Shown here in pieces: positions 18,412-27,430 of a DNA stretch of 64,000 nt. Each line of letters begins with the position of its first letter. The first letter of the stretch is position 1. The notes under the pieces are model-generated. The model did not search any database and was not told where the DNA came from. It worked only from the letters and a program-made list of their open reading frames with translations. A program made the translations under genes and the position numbers. Source of the DNA: Candidatus Saccharibacteria bacterium UBA2018 (GTDB lineage: Bacteria; Patescibacteriota; Saccharimonadia; Saccharimonadales; Saccharimonadaceae); assembly GCA_002335175.1 (NCBI GenBank), contig DDCA01000001.1, positions 225,631 through 289,630 of the forward strand, written 5' to 3'.

Positions 18412-19029
18412 TTAGCGTGAGTAGTACTCAACAATTAGTTGCTCATTAATATCAGTTTCAGCTTCCTCGCGTTTCGGCACACCCGTAACCTCGATTTTCA
18501 GCTTCTTCTGATCGGTCTTCAGCCAACTGAGTGGCCCCTGGATTGAATTTGCTACAACGTCGTCAATTTGGCTGAAATAGCCGCTTTTAACACTCTTCGG
18601 TCGTACGGTAATGACGTCACCGGCCTTTACGCGGATTGACGGGATGTCAACACGGCGGTCATTCAGCATAAAATGCCCATGGCCTACAAGCTGACGAGCA
18701 GCACGGCGTGATGTTGCAAGACCGGAGCGGTACACAACGTTGTCAAGCCGAAGCTCAAGAAGCTGCAGAAGGTTTTCACCGCTAAGACCTGGCCGACGGG
18801 TCGCTTCGTTCATTAGTTTTGCGAATTGCTTTTCGAGCAGACCGTATAAACGGCGTACTTTTTGCTTTTCACGAAGCTGAATTTGGTACAAGCTTGGTTT
18901 TGACTGGCGACCACCGGAATGTTGGCCAGGGATACCGGGTTTCTTAATGAGAATCTTATGAGCCTTCGGATGCAGTGCGTAGCCTTCACGGCGAGACTGC
19001 TTGACGATAGGTGATGTATCACGTGCCAT
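18412..19029 (-). CDS. rpsD: 30S ribosomal protein S4
   Basis: QLREKQKVRRLYGLLEKQF...RLDNVVYRSGLATSRRAARQLVGHGHFMLNDRRVDIPS. Confidence 0.95.
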   Translation of the reverse strand: MARDTSPIVKQSRREGYALHPKAHKILIKKPGIPGQHSGGRQSKPSLYQIQLREKQKVRRLYGLLEKQFAKLMNEATRRPGLSGENLLQLLELRLDNVVYRSGLATSRRAARQLVGHGHFMLNDRRVDIPSIRVKAGDVITVRPKSVKSGYFSQIDDVVANSIQGPLSWLKTDQKKLKIEVTGVPKREEAETDINEQLIVEYYSR

Positions 19030-19032
19030 AAA

Positions 19033-19482
19033 CTAGACCCTCCGTGCTTTCCGTGCCCGGGTACCACCGTGTGGAACGCCTGTCACATCTTTAATGCTGT
19101 CAACTTGGATATCAAAGTTCGATAGTGCTCGAACAGCTGCATCGCGGCCAAGTCCAACGCCTTTGATGAAAACATCGACACTCTTCATGCCATGCAAATT
19201 CTGAACCATTTCGGCTGCTTTTTCAGCGGCAACCTGGCTGGCATAAGCCGTACCTTTTTTACTGCCACGGAACCCGCAGGCACCGGCGCTCGATGCGCAA
19301 AGGACGGCGCCCTTCTTGTCGGTAAAGGTAATAATCGTGTTGTTAAATGATGCTTGAACGTGCATCTGACCAGCCGGAACTGATCGTCGCTGCTTTTTGC
19401 GGCTAGAGGCCGGCTTGGTTGCAGCTGGTGCAGCCGCCGAAGTAGTAGGCTCAGCTGCGGTAGTTGTTGTTTCATCTGCCAT
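19033..19482 (-). CDS. rpsK: 30S ribosomal protein S11 (with Ala/Thr-rich N-terminal extension)
   Basis: HVQASFNNTIITFTDKKGAVLCASSAGACGFRGSKKGTAYASQVAAEKAA...PHGGTRARKARRV. Confidence 0.95.
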   Translation of the reverse strand: MADETTTTAAEPTTSAAAPAATKPASSRKKQRRSVPAGQMHVQASFNNTIITFTDKKGAVLCASSAGACGFRGSKKGTAYASQVAAEKAAEMVQNLHGMKSVDVFIKGVGLGRDAAVRALSNFDIQVDSIKDVTGVPHGGTRARKARRV

Positions 19483-19500
19483 ATATCAACCAGTTCCTTT

Positions 19501-19887
19501 CTACGTCTTTGACGCGGCTTTCTTTTGTGTACCACCGACCGCAATAGCTTTACCCTTACGAGTCCGTGCATTCGTACGAGTACGCTGTCCGTTTACCGGT
19601 AGTCCTGCCTTGTGACGCAGCCCGCGGTAGGCGTTGACGTCTTTTAGGCGCTTAATATTATTTGTTACGAGACGTTGGAGATCGCCCTCGGTCGTATAAT
19701 CACGGTCGATTATTTCACGAAGTCGTTGTTCTTCAGCCTCGGTGAGATCTTTCACCCGAGTGGTCGGCTCTACGTTTGCCGCCGCAAGGATGTCTCGAGA
19801 GTGCTTGCGCCCAATACCATATATATAGGTAAGAGCGATATGCACTTGCTTTTCACTTGGGATGGTTACCCCAGCAATTCGAGCCAT
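19501..19887 (-). CDS. rpsM: 30S ribosomal protein S13
   Basis: [34 protein letters not shown]...[26 protein letters not shown]. Confidence 0.95.
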   Translation of the reverse strand: MARIAGVTIPSEKQVHIALTYIYGIGRKHSRDILAAANVEPTTRVKDLTEAEEQRLREIIDRDYTTEGDLQRLVTNNIKRLKDVNAYRGLRHKAGLPVNGQRTRTNARTRKGKAIAVGGTQKKAASKT

Positions 19888-19889
19888 GC

Positions 19890-20006
19890 TTAACCCTGCC
19901 TTTGCTTATTCTTAGGTTTCTTCTTGTTGATGACACGCAAGCGGCCTTTGCGGCGGACAAGCTGGTCATCTGGACTGATTTTCTTTACGCTCGCACGAAC
20001 TTTCAT
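19890..20006 (-). CDS. rpmJ: 50S ribosomal protein L36
   Basis: Hand-translated; it is below the ORF-track cutoff. [38 protein letters not shown], in the canonical slot between infA and rpsM. Confidence 0.85.
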   Translation of the reverse strand: MKVRASVKKISPDDQLVRRKGRLRVINKKKPKNKQRQG

Positions 20007-20053
20007 GAGCTATCAAAAAATCCTTTCCTAAGTTAGATTTAATATGGTTTGAA

Positions 20054-20302
20054 CTACGCAGCGCTTGGCGCAGGTCGTTCGTCTCGCAGGCGGAAGCTAA
20101 TTCGTCCCTTCGTGAGATCGTAAGGGGTCATCTCAACTTCTACCTTATCGCCCGGCACCAAGCGGATATAATGCTTGCGCATTTTGCCGCTAATGTGGGC
20201 GATAATACTATGTCCGTTCTCCAGTTCTACCTTGAATTGGGTATTAGGCAGTGCTTCCACTACCGTACCTTGCATCTTGATAACTTCCTTTTGTCCGGCC
20301 AT
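20054..20302 (-). CDS. infA: translation initiation factor IF-1
   Basis: [64 protein letters not shown] (S1-like OB fold of IF-1). Confidence 0.95.
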   Translation of the reverse strand: MAGQKEVIKMQGTVVEALPNTQFKVELENGHSIIAHISGKMRKHYIRLVPGDKVEVEMTPYDLTKGRISFRLRDERPAPSAA

Positions 20303-20405
20303 AAATACTGATTATGAATTATACAGCAAACAGCCGTGGTCGTAAAGCATTTTGTAAGAGTATTTCACGGGCCGACGGCCGGTGAAACGTGATTAGGTTA
20401 GTTCT

Positions 20406-20433
20406 ATTGTAGCGTACGTAGGTTTTTCGTCAA
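20406..20433 (-). promoter_or_regulatory. sigma70-like promoter for the infA-rpmJ-rpsM... transcription unit
   Basis: The minus strand reads TTGACG-(16 nt)-TACAAT. It lies about 100 nt upstream of infA and just downstream of the strong hairpin at 20443-20473. Confidence 0.5.
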
Positions 20434-20442
20434 GATTTGTCT

Positions 20443-20473
20443 GGGTGGGACGCCGGGTTACGACGTCCCACCC
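20443..20473. terminator. strong GC-rich hairpin (possible terminator or 3' end of the upstream structured region)
   Basis: GGGTGGGACG / CGTCCCACCC form a perfect 10-bp stem with an 11-nt loop. The T-rich tail (TCTGGTTTGTT) is on the plus side only, so orientation and function are uncertain. Confidence 0.4.
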
Positions 20474-20809
20474 TCTGGTTTGTTAGTGTCCCTCAAAGGG
20501 ATGTGGCGTGTGAAGCATGTGGGTACCCAACCAGTAAAGTTATCCCATCGTCACATTGCATCGCCGAACAGGCTTGGCGCTCACAAGCGTCGCCTGTAAA
20601 TTGCCGGGAATCTAATCCGGCAACAACGCGGCATATACCGGCCACGAACGGTTTTTCTGAGGTACGCATGCGGCTTTCACCGCACACGAGGCCTGTAGTC
20701 CACAAACGACCACAGGATGCCGGACATGTGCTCACTTTTCAAACCAGCGTTGCTAATCTGGCAATCGTGAGGCTCACATTTGCGTGTCCGGTAGGATTAT
20801 AATACCAGA
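20474..20809. ncRNA. candidate structured non-coding RNA or long structured UTR, class not identified
   Basis: No credible ORF; only overlapping both-strand ORFs with no family resemblance. At least eight helices of 5 bp or more can be drawn by eye, for example 20601-07/20617-23, 20568-73/20592-97, 20669-73/20680-84, 20692-96/20712-16, 20720-26/20785-91 and 20475-80/20529-34. Confidence 0.3.
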
Positions 20810-21493
20810 TTATTTGGCTATAGCGGCTTGGACCAAGATCCTGCGGTCGAAAACCTTTTGCTTGGGTATCCAATTACCTGCCGAGGTGATAATGCTTAGA
20901 CCTTCTTGCTCGGGATCGAGCGACTGCATCATATCTTTCATGAGACCCGCGTTGAATTGCTCTAAAGTTACGTTGCGTACTTTTCGCACCAAATATACAA
21001 ATTGTTTACCATCCCCTCGCTCAATTGCTATCTCGTCTCCAGCCTCAAGGTCATGCAACTTAGCCAGCGCGCCAACGCGGCTGATGCCACCATTGTGGCC
21101 AGTCAGCACGACAGCTGCGCTTCCGCTGCCAGGGGTAGCGCTTTTTTCGAACCAGCCAACGTCGTTGAGATTGCTTGGTAGTGCGAGCATTTTGTTTTCG
21201 GTGACGCCTACTTTCATGACCCGGGCATTGGTCAGCCCGGTCTTAAGTATCGATACATACCGCGGCTGAAACTCGGGAACTGTGTGAGCTTCCACCTGGG
21301 CTTCTGTTACCGGTTGCTCGTTTACCGATGCGTCAGCCGCAGCAACTGGGATAGGAAACGGCGAAGGAACCCCTGTGCTGTACCAGCGAAAGCCAAAATA
21401 CGCATAGGCAGCTATAAATCCCATGATAATAAGTACGAGCAGCCATCTGACTACATGAAAGTTACGCCTATGTTTTATAACCAATCCAGACAT
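20810..21493 (-). CDS. sortase-fold (class E/F-like) membrane-anchored protein with Ser at the catalytic Cys position
   Basis: N-terminal TM. DVGWFEKSATPGSGSAAVVLTGHN carries the sortase His motif, and GDEIAIERGDGKQFVYLV is also present. LSIITSAGNW aligns to the TLxTC motif but with TCG (Ser) instead of Cys. DRRILVQA carries the conserved Arg. Confidence 0.55.
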   Translation of the reverse strand: MSGLVIKHRRNFHVVRWLLVLIIMGFIAAYAYFGFRWYSTGVPSPFPIPVAAADASVNEQPVTEAQVEAHTVPEFQPRYVSILKTGLTNARVMKVGVTENKMLALPSNLNDVGWFEKSATPGSGSAAVVLTGHNGGISRVGALAKLHDLEAGDEIAIERGDGKQFVYLVRKVRNVTLEQFNAGLMKDMMQSLDPEQEGLSIITSAGNWIPKQKVFDRRILVQAAIAK

Positions 21494-21662
21494 ATTTGTT
21501 TTCCCTCGATTTAATTCAAGGTTACCATAAGCGAATTATTGAATCAAGCAGCGGTAGTCAGCTTGTAGCCATACCGGTCTTCACGCGCTCGTGTGATTAT
21601 ACGCTTTACTTATAATCATACTGGCCTTTGCGCACTGGTATGACTAACGTATAGTCTAGCGA

Positions 21663-23078
21663 CTACTTATAGTCATCATACGTGACCATGAGTGCACGTG
21701 AGTTAATTTGACGCAGTGCTTCAAGCGCCACAGACACGACAATAAGGATTCCTGTGCCGCCGACGGCGAGATTACTGTTCTGCACACCAGCAAGCTGGTA
21801 GAGCAGGTATTCTGCGATGAACGGCAGGACGGCAATCAGTCCCAGTACGAGTGATCCGAACAGAATAAGACGATTCATGGTACTCGAAAGGAATTTCTCG
21901 GTCTGTTCGCCAGGCCGGACACCCTCGATGAAACCGCCCTGCTTTTGCAAGTTTTCGGCAATTTCATTGCTGTTAAACACGATTCCAGTATAGAAATACG
22001 TAAAGGCGATTACCAGCAGGAAGTACATTGACGGGTAGATGAACGCCTGCCACGTCTCCCCGGTAAATTCCCCTGGGTTCGGTGTTTGGAACCATGTAAC
22101 GAGGTTATTGCCAATTTCGACATAGTCCCCATTTCCGGTCGCTTTCAGCACCTGGCCGATGAAAGCCGGCAAGCTTAGGAATGCGACGGCAAAGATAACA
22201 GGGATAACTCCGGCTGCAATCAACTTCATTGGTAATATACTCTTGACGCCGCCGTAGCTCGAATTGCCTTGTACGCGTTTTGCGTAGTTGATCGTTACAA
22301 CACGCTGGGCTTCGTTTATCTTAACCAGCACGTACAGCACAATGAGCGAGACGAGCGTTACCGCCAGAACCACCCCAAACGCCAGCGGATTAATAGGAAG
22401 GGTAAACCAATTAAAGACTGCGAGACTTCCATTTGACGTATCGAAAAGTGATGTACCGATTGTCTGGAGCGTCGCTGGTAACTGGCTGACAATACCTGCG
22501 AAAATCAACAGGCTCAGTCCGTTTCCTACGCCCTGCTCGGTCATAATTTCACCAAGCCACATCAGGAGCATTGAGCCGGCTGTCATGGCGCCGACGGCGA
22601 CCACCCACTCGAGAAGGCTCGTGTCACCTAGTCCAGAGGTAGTATTGCCGGCAAGGACAGACTGACGCAAAATGTAAATAAATGCTATGGACTGCACGAT
22701 AGCAAGTGGAAGCGAAATAATACGCGTCCACTGCTGAATCTTCCGACGACCTGATTCACCGTCTTTATGAAGTTCCTCAAGTTTTGGAATCGCCTTGGTA
22801 AGCAGCTGCGTGATAATACTTGCAGTAATAAATGGGCTAAGGCCTACGAGTACAATCGAGAAGCTCGCCAACGCCCCACCACTGAGCAGGTTCAAGAATC
22901 CACCGAAGTCGCTGCCGCCGATTACGCTGTTAATTACTTCTTTCAGTTCGGCCGGGTCGGCGAGAGGGACCGGAATTTGAGCAAGTAACCGATAAACGAC
23001 AACAATTCCAAGCACCACCAAAAGGCGCTTTCGCATATCACCGTTTTTAACTGATCTGAATATTGTCTTCCAATTCAC
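21663..23078 (-). CDS. secY: preprotein translocase subunit SecY
   Basis: 471 aa with 10 TM helices. GGALASFSIVLVGLSPFITASIITQLL and the LMWLGEIMTEQGVGNGLSLLIFAGI motifs are present. It sits downstream of rplO. Confidence 0.95.
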   Translation of the reverse strand: MNWKTIFRSVKNGDMRKRLLVVLGIVVVYRLLAQIPVPLADPAELKEVINSVIGGSDFGGFLNLLSGGALASFSIVLVGLSPFITASIITQLLTKAIPKLEELHKDGESGRRKIQQWTRIISLPLAIVQSIAFIYILRQSVLAGNTTSGLGDTSLLEWVVAVGAMTAGSMLLMWLGEIMTEQGVGNGLSLLIFAGIVSQLPATLQTIGTSLFDTSNGSLAVFNWFTLPINPLAFGVVLAVTLVSLIVLYVLVKINEAQRVVTINYAKRVQGNSSYGGVKSILPMKLIAAGVIPVIFAVAFLSLPAFIGQVLKATGNGDYVEIGNNLVTWFQTPNPGEFTGETWQAFIYPSMYFLLVIAFTYFYTGIVFNSNEIAENLQKQGGFIEGVRPGEQTEKFLSSTMNRLILFGSLVLGLIAVLPFIAEYLLYQLAGVQNSNLAVGGTGILIVVSVALEALRQINSRALMVTYDDYK

Positions 23079-23164
23079 GTCGTTCTAACCCTCTCTAGCC
23101 AATTCTTGCATCGATTCGCAGCATACTATACCAAGTATACTACGAGGCGAACAAGAATCAGCGA

Positions 23165-23641
23165 CTATTTGTCGGCCGATTCCGCTTCTTTTTTGCTCTT
23201 TGGTAGTGGAGCCGCTGTTTGGTTAAACGCTCCGCCGGCTTTTACAAGTGCATCCTGGACGCTTTTTGATGCGCCTTGGACATTAAGTGTCAGCTTTTTT
23301 GAAAGCTCACCGCGAGCAATTACTTTTACCGTGTGAAACGGCGTAGCAATCAATCCTGCTTCAAACAATTTGAAGTTATCTACCGTTCCGCTCAGGCCGT
23401 TAAGGTTATCAAGATAGACGACCTGGGCTGGAGTTCGTAGGCTTTTGAATCCACGATTCTTCGGGATTGCTTGCACCAGCGCTCGCTGGCCGCCCTGAAA
23501 CGAAGCAGAAAGCTTTTTACCGGTGCGCGCGCCCTGGCCCTTGGTGCCACGTCCGGCCGTTTTACCCTGGCCGGCTGAGATACCGCGCCCGACACGTTTC
23601 TTATTCTTGTTGGCAGAAACATTGAGTTCGTTGTACTTCAT
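23165..23641 (-). CDS. rplO: 50S ribosomal protein L15
   Basis: KRVGRGISAGQGKTAGRGTKGQGARTG. Confidence 0.95.
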   Translation of the reverse strand: MKYNELNVSANKNKKRVGRGISAGQGKTAGRGTKGQGARTGKKLSASFQGGQRALVQAIPKNRGFKSLRTPAQVVYLDNLNGLSGTVDNFKLFEAGLIATPFHTVKVIARGELSKKLTLNVQGASKSVQDALVKAGGAFNQTAAPLPKSKKEAESADK

Positions 23642-23643
23642 GG

Positions 23644-24252
23644 TTATGCCTCCTCTTTTTTAGCCTTCTTAGAAGGAGCCTTAGGCGCATTAAGCCACTG
23701 GTCTTTTGGTACTAAACTGGTAAGCGCCTGAACCGTTGCATACGCAATGTTAACTTTATTCGTTGAGCCAAGGCTCTTAGATAGCAAGTTGGTAATGCCC
23801 GTAACGCCGATGATTTGACGAACCACGCCTCCGGCAATAACTCCCGTACCCGGCGCTGCCGGCTTAATCAGGACTCGTGCGCCGCTGAGCTTGACTTCGG
23901 CATCATGCGGAATAGTGCTATTAACGACCGGAATTGTGACCATACCTTTTTTGGCGACGTCGGTTGCCTTAGAAATTGCAGCCTGAACGTCCGCACCCTT
24001 GGCAACACCGACACCAACTTTGGATTTACGATCGCCTACGACGACCAGTGCTTTGAATCGAAAACGGCGTCCGCCTTTAACGACGCGAGCGACGCGGTCA
24101 ATGTTTATAACAACTTCTTCAAATTGCTTTGGTTCCTCAGAGCGAGGGTTTCGCCGGTCATCCCGACGGCCACCACGCGGTCGCTGGCCACCTTGCGGCG
24201 TGCCGGCGCGTGGGGTAGTAGGTGCAGGTGCGGGTGTAGCAGTTTCTGCCAT
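23644..24252 (-). CDS. rpsE: 30S ribosomal protein S5 (with Pro/Arg-rich N-terminal extension)
   Basis: VINIDRVARVVKGGRRFRFKALVVVGDRKSKVGVGVAKGADVQAAISKA. Confidence 0.95.
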   Translation of the reverse strand: MAETATPAPAPTTPRAGTPQGGQRPRGGRRDDRRNPRSEEPKQFEEVVINIDRVARVVKGGRRFRFKALVVVGDRKSKVGVGVAKGADVQAAISKATDVAKKGMVTIPVVNSTIPHDAEVKLSGARVLIKPAAPGTGVIAGGVVRQIIGVTGITNLLSKSLGSTNKVNIAYATVQALTSLVPKDQWLNAPKAPSKKAKKEEA

Positions 24253-24253
24253 A

Positions 24254-24607
24254 CTAGAACTCCAATCCTTCTTTACGAGCTGCCTCGGCGAGCGCTTTTA
24301 GGCGTCCGGCATATTGGCGGCCATTTCTATCAAATACAACTGATTTTACTTTAACTTTAGCTCCCTTTTTGGCGATATCAGCACCGACAACAGCTGCCTT
24401 TTCAGTCATCGTGCCGGTGACTTTTTTGCCAACAGTCGTTGCGGCAGCAAGCGTTTTGCCAGATACGTCGTCAATAAGCTGCGCACTGACGTGAGCATTA
24501 CTGATGGTCACGCTCAAACGAGGGCGTTCAGCCGTACCAGAAACTTTAGAGCGAACCCGGTTCTTACGGAGCCCGCGGTTCTGTAATTTCTTTGCAAGAT
24601 TATTCAT
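24254..24607 (-). CDS. rplR: 50S ribosomal protein L18
   Basis: RPRLSVTISNAHVSAQLIDDVSGKTLAAA...VVFDRNGRQYAGRLKALAEAARKEGLEF. Confidence 0.95.
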   Translation of the reverse strand: MNNLAKKLQNRGLRKNRVRSKVSGTAERPRLSVTISNAHVSAQLIDDVSGKTLAAATTVGKKVTGTMTEKAAVVGADIAKKGAKVKVKSVVFDRNGRQYAGRLKALAEAARKEGLEF

Positions 24608-24609
24608 GA

Positions 24610-25143
24610 TTATTTACCTGTCTTTCCAGCTTTGCGCAGAATCTGCTCGTCAGCATACTTAATTCCCTTACCCTTGTACGGCTCAGGCTTCTTAAGTGAG
24701 CGAATTTCCGCTGCGACTTGTCCGACTTGCTGTTTATCAATGCCGCTCACGGCAATTTCCATCTTGTTGACGGTTAGCTGTACGCCAGCCGGAGCTTTGT
24801 ACTTAACGGGGTGGCTGAAACCGAGTTGCATTTCGATTTCCTGGCCACCGCCAGATACGCGGAAACCAACGCCGTTGACTTCAAGTTTCTTTTCGAAACC
24901 TGAGGTTACGCCATTGACTGCGTTGTTGAGCAGCGAACGCTGTAGGCCGTGTTGGGCTTTAGCAATTTTCTGATCGTCCTTACGTGTGACGATAGCCTGG
25001 TCACCTTCGAGGGTAACGGTCACGTCACTCAGATGAGGTACGGTCAGTTCGCCTTTAGCGCCCTTGACTGAAATAACATCCGAATCGACCGTGATTGTCA
25101 CGCCTGATGGAACCTGAATTGGTAGTTTTCCGATTCGACTCAT
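24610..25143 (-). CDS. rplF: 50S ribosomal protein L6
   Basis: MSRIGKLPIQVPSGVTITVD...KKLEVNGVGFRV...KPEPYKGKGIKYADE. Confidence 0.95.
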   Translation of the reverse strand: MSRIGKLPIQVPSGVTITVDSDVISVKGAKGELTVPHLSDVTVTLEGDQAIVTRKDDQKIAKAQHGLQRSLLNNAVNGVTSGFEKKLEVNGVGFRVSGGGQEIEMQLGFSHPVKYKAPAGVQLTVNKMEIAVSGIDKQQVGQVAAEIRSLKKPEPYKGKGIKYADEQILRKAGKTGK

Positions 25144-25155
25144 GATTATCCTTTC

Positions 25156-25557
25156 TTAATACACCTTCAGCAGTACTTCACCGCCGAGCCGCTGCTTAAC
25201 AGCTTCTCCTCCGGTAATTACGCCTTTAGATGTTGAAACCAGCACGATGCCTCGGCCGCTTTTAACGCGTGGGATGTCGTCAGCACTGACGTACATACGT
25301 CGGCCAGGCTTGCTCATGCGGGTTAGTTCTGTAAATGTGGCGTTTTCGCCAGCCTTGTTGATAGTAATAACCAACGTGTCGCGTGGCTTGCCCGGTTCGA
25401 CTTTAACGTCGCTCAGGTAGCCGTTTTTCTTTAATTGGTCTGCGACCACTTTCTTTAGCTTCGCGTTTGGTGCACGGACCTCGGTTTTCCCGACAGCGGC
25501 AGCGTTCCTGATTCGGGTCAGGAGGTCAGCGATTGGGTCTGTAGATTGTAAACTCAT
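25156..25557 (-). CDS. rpsH: 30S ribosomal protein S8
   Basis: DPIADLLTRIRNA...PGRRMYV...IPRVKSGRGIVLVSTSKGVITG. Confidence 0.95.
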   Translation of the reverse strand: MSLQSTDPIADLLTRIRNAAAVGKTEVRAPNAKLKKVVADQLKKNGYLSDVKVEPGKPRDTLVITINKAGENATFTELTRMSKPGRRMYVSADDIPRVKSGRGIVLVSTSKGVITGGEAVKQRLGGEVLLKVY

Positions 25558-25574
25558 ATTCTTACTCCTTTCCT

Positions 25575-25844
25575 TTACCAGCTTGATTTCGTTACACCAG
25601 GGATTTCACCCTTGCTTGCTTTTTCGCGGAAGTTAATACGGTTCAGACCGAACTTACGCATATAGGCGTGTGGGCGTCCGCTGAGCACGTCTCGGTTCTT
25701 CCAGCGGGTCGGCGATGAATTCTTTGGAAGTTTTTGTAAACCATCTTGGTCGCCGAGTTCTTTCAGTTCGGCGCGTTTTGCAGCATATTTCAGAATCATC
25801 TTCTTACGCTTCTCGTCTCGAGCGATGCTTGATTTCTTCGCCAT
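25575..25844 (-). CDS. rpsN: 30S ribosomal protein S14 (long, Cys-less type)
   Basis: [28 protein letters not shown]...[34 protein letters not shown]. No CxxC pairs. Confidence 0.92.
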   Translation of the reverse strand: MAKKSSIARDEKRKKMILKYAAKRAELKELGDQDGLQKLPKNSSPTRWKNRDVLSGRPHAYMRKFGLNRINFREKASKGEIPGVTKSSW

Positions 25845-26425
25845 TACCGGCCTCCTTCTTTCTCAAACGGAATACCAAACTTCTCTAGTAGCGCACGGCT
25901 GTGTGCTTTGTCTTCGTTCTTTACAACGAATGTAATCTGAAGACCGTGGAGTACTTGGGTTTCTTCAAATGTGAGTTCAGGGAAAATCGATTGTTCAATT
26001 ATGCCAAGGCTGTAGTTGCCCCCGCGGTCAAATGCTTTCGCCTTCACGCCGTGGAAGTCACGAACACGCGGAAGCGCTACATTGACGAGACGGTCGAGGA
26101 ATTCATACATCCTAGCACCGCGCAGCGTAACCATGATACCGACTGGCGCGCCCATACCGGCACGGATCTTAAAGCCGGCGATTGATTTTTTAGCGAGGCG
26201 TTCAACCGGTGCTTGACCGGTAATCTTCGTGAGCGTGTTCTTGACAGTCTCAAGCGTTCGCTTGTCTTCTTTTGATTTGCCGGTTCCTACGCTTACCGTT
26301 ATCTTTTCAAGCTTTGGCACTTGGTGCACATTAGCAAGTTCAAGTTCGGCCTGTAGTTCCTTGACGTACTGGGTAGCGTACAAGGCTTTCAAGCGAGGAG
26401 CGGCGTTAGCTGTTGCTGTAGCCAT
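25844..26425 (-). CDS. rplE: 50S ribosomal protein L5
   Basis: [14 protein letters not shown]...[45 protein letters not shown]. Confidence 0.95.
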   Translation of the reverse strand: MATATANAAPRLKALYATQYVKELQAELELANVHQVPKLEKITVSVGTGKSKEDKRTLETVKNTLTKITGQAPVERLAKKSIAGFKIRAGMGAPVGIMVTLRGARMYEFLDRLVNVALPRVRDFHGVKAKAFDRGGNYSLGIIEQSIFPELTFEETQVLHGLQITFVVKNEDKAHSRALLEKFGIPFEKEGGR

Positions 26426-26745
26426 TACTTAATCTCCTTATTTTTCATACTTCTTGCGACGCGAGTTTTCCCGCCGTCAGCATTCTTTACCAATCCAACA
26501 CGTGAAGTCTTTCCGGTCTTTTCATCAACGACCAAGGCGACCTTCGAAATATCCATTGGTACGTGAATATCTTTTTTGCCACCACGTGGGTTCAGTTGGC
26601 TTGGCTTTACGTGACGGTGGCTAACACCGACGCCTTCAATTAAGACAGTGCGGTTTTTGGTATTAACTGCCAAAACCTTTCCGGTTGTACCTTTTTTGCT
26701 TCCAGTGATGATTTTGACTAAATCGTCTTTTTTAATCCGTGGCAT
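26425..26745 (-). CDS. rplX: 50S ribosomal protein L24
   Basis: IKKDDLVKIITGSKKGTTGKVLAV (KOW motif). Confidence 0.93.
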   Translation of the reverse strand: MPRIKKDDLVKIITGSKKGTTGKVLAVNTKNRTVLIEGVGVSHRHVKPSQLNPRGGKKDIHVPMDISKVALVVDEKTGKTSRVGLVKNADGGKTRVARSMKNKEIK

Positions 26746-26746
26746 A

Positions 26747-27115
26747 TTAGAGTACCTCCGGCGCTAGGCTAATAATCTTTGCATACCCTTGGTCGCGTAG
26801 CTCACGTGGAACCGGACCGAATACACGGGTAGCTTTTGGCGTTTTGTCGTCATTGATAATAACGACTGCATTGTCGTCAAAGGCAATCGTTGATCCGTCT
26901 TTTCGCCTGATTTGGTTTCGGGTCCGGACAACAACGGCCTTTTGAACGCTCTTTTTCTTGACGTTACCGGTCGGGTTGGCATCTTTCACCGAACAAACAA
27001 TGATATCACCGACATGGGCATACCGGCGCCGAGTACCACCAAGCACGCGGATACACAGGACTTCTTTGGCACCCGAGTTATCGGTAACTTTTAGTCTGCT
27101 TTCTTGCTGAATCAT
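26747..27115 (-). CDS. rplN: 50S ribosomal protein L14
   Basis: [44 protein letters not shown]. Confidence 0.95.
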   Translation of the reverse strand: MIQQESRLKVTDNSGAKEVLCIRVLGGTRRRYAHVGDIIVCSVKDANPTGNVKKKSVQKAVVVRTRNQIRRKDGSTIAFDDNAVVIINDDKTPKATRVFGPVPRELRDQGYAKIISLAPEVL

Positions 27116-27429
27116 GCGCTTGCCTCGTTTGCTTTCGTAGCTTCGTCCAGAGCTTCGCCAAGGACTTCGTCTTTGAGCTCAACCCGGCCTTGGGACCGCG
27201 TCTCAATATTAGCCAGCTTGAATGACTTGGTTTTAGAAACCGGGCGAATTTCAGAAATCTGAACCTTATCACCAATGTGGGCTTCATTATTCTCGTCATG
27301 AGCCTGATATTTGCGGTTGACCGTATATTGCTTCTTGTAAATCGGGTGCGTTTCACGGCTTGTAACCGTCACGGTAATCGATTTGTCGCGTGAGTCGCTG
27401 GTAACGATGCCTGTTAATGTTTTAGCCAT
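27112..27429 (-). CDS. rpsQ: 30S ribosomal protein S17
   Basis: [66 protein letters not shown]. Confidence 0.93.
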   Translation of the reverse strand: MAKTLTGIVTSDSRDKSITVTVTSRETHPIYKKQYTVNRKYQAHDENNEAHIGDKVQISEIRPVSKTKSFKLANIETRSQGRVELKDEVLGEALDEATKANEASA

Positions 27430-27430
27430 G

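Noticed and set aside
20437-20802. ORFs 20437..20802 (+, 121 aa) and 20493..20735 (-, 80 aa) as protein-coding genes, or as remnants of adk/map
   Set aside because: - They overlap each other on opposite strands.
- They have Cys/Arg/Pro-rich compositions typical of random translation of G+C-rich structured DNA.
- They lack an SD.
- They show none of the adk (GxPGxGKGT) or map (HGIP, GHGIG, FTIEP) motifs in any frame I translated.
20440-20809. Identification of the structured block as RNase P RNA, tmRNA, SRP RNA or a TPP/cobalamin riboswitch
   Set aside because: - I could not find the universal RNase P CR-I (GGAAAGUCC) or CR-IV (ACAGAAnCCGGCUUA) on either strand.
- There is no tRNA-like acceptor/T-arm with a CCACCA end as in tmRNA.
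- There is no SRP domain IV consensus.
- There is no B12 box or TPP CUGAGA...ACCUGAUCUGGAUAAUGCCAGCG core.
- The class is left open pending a covariance-model scan.
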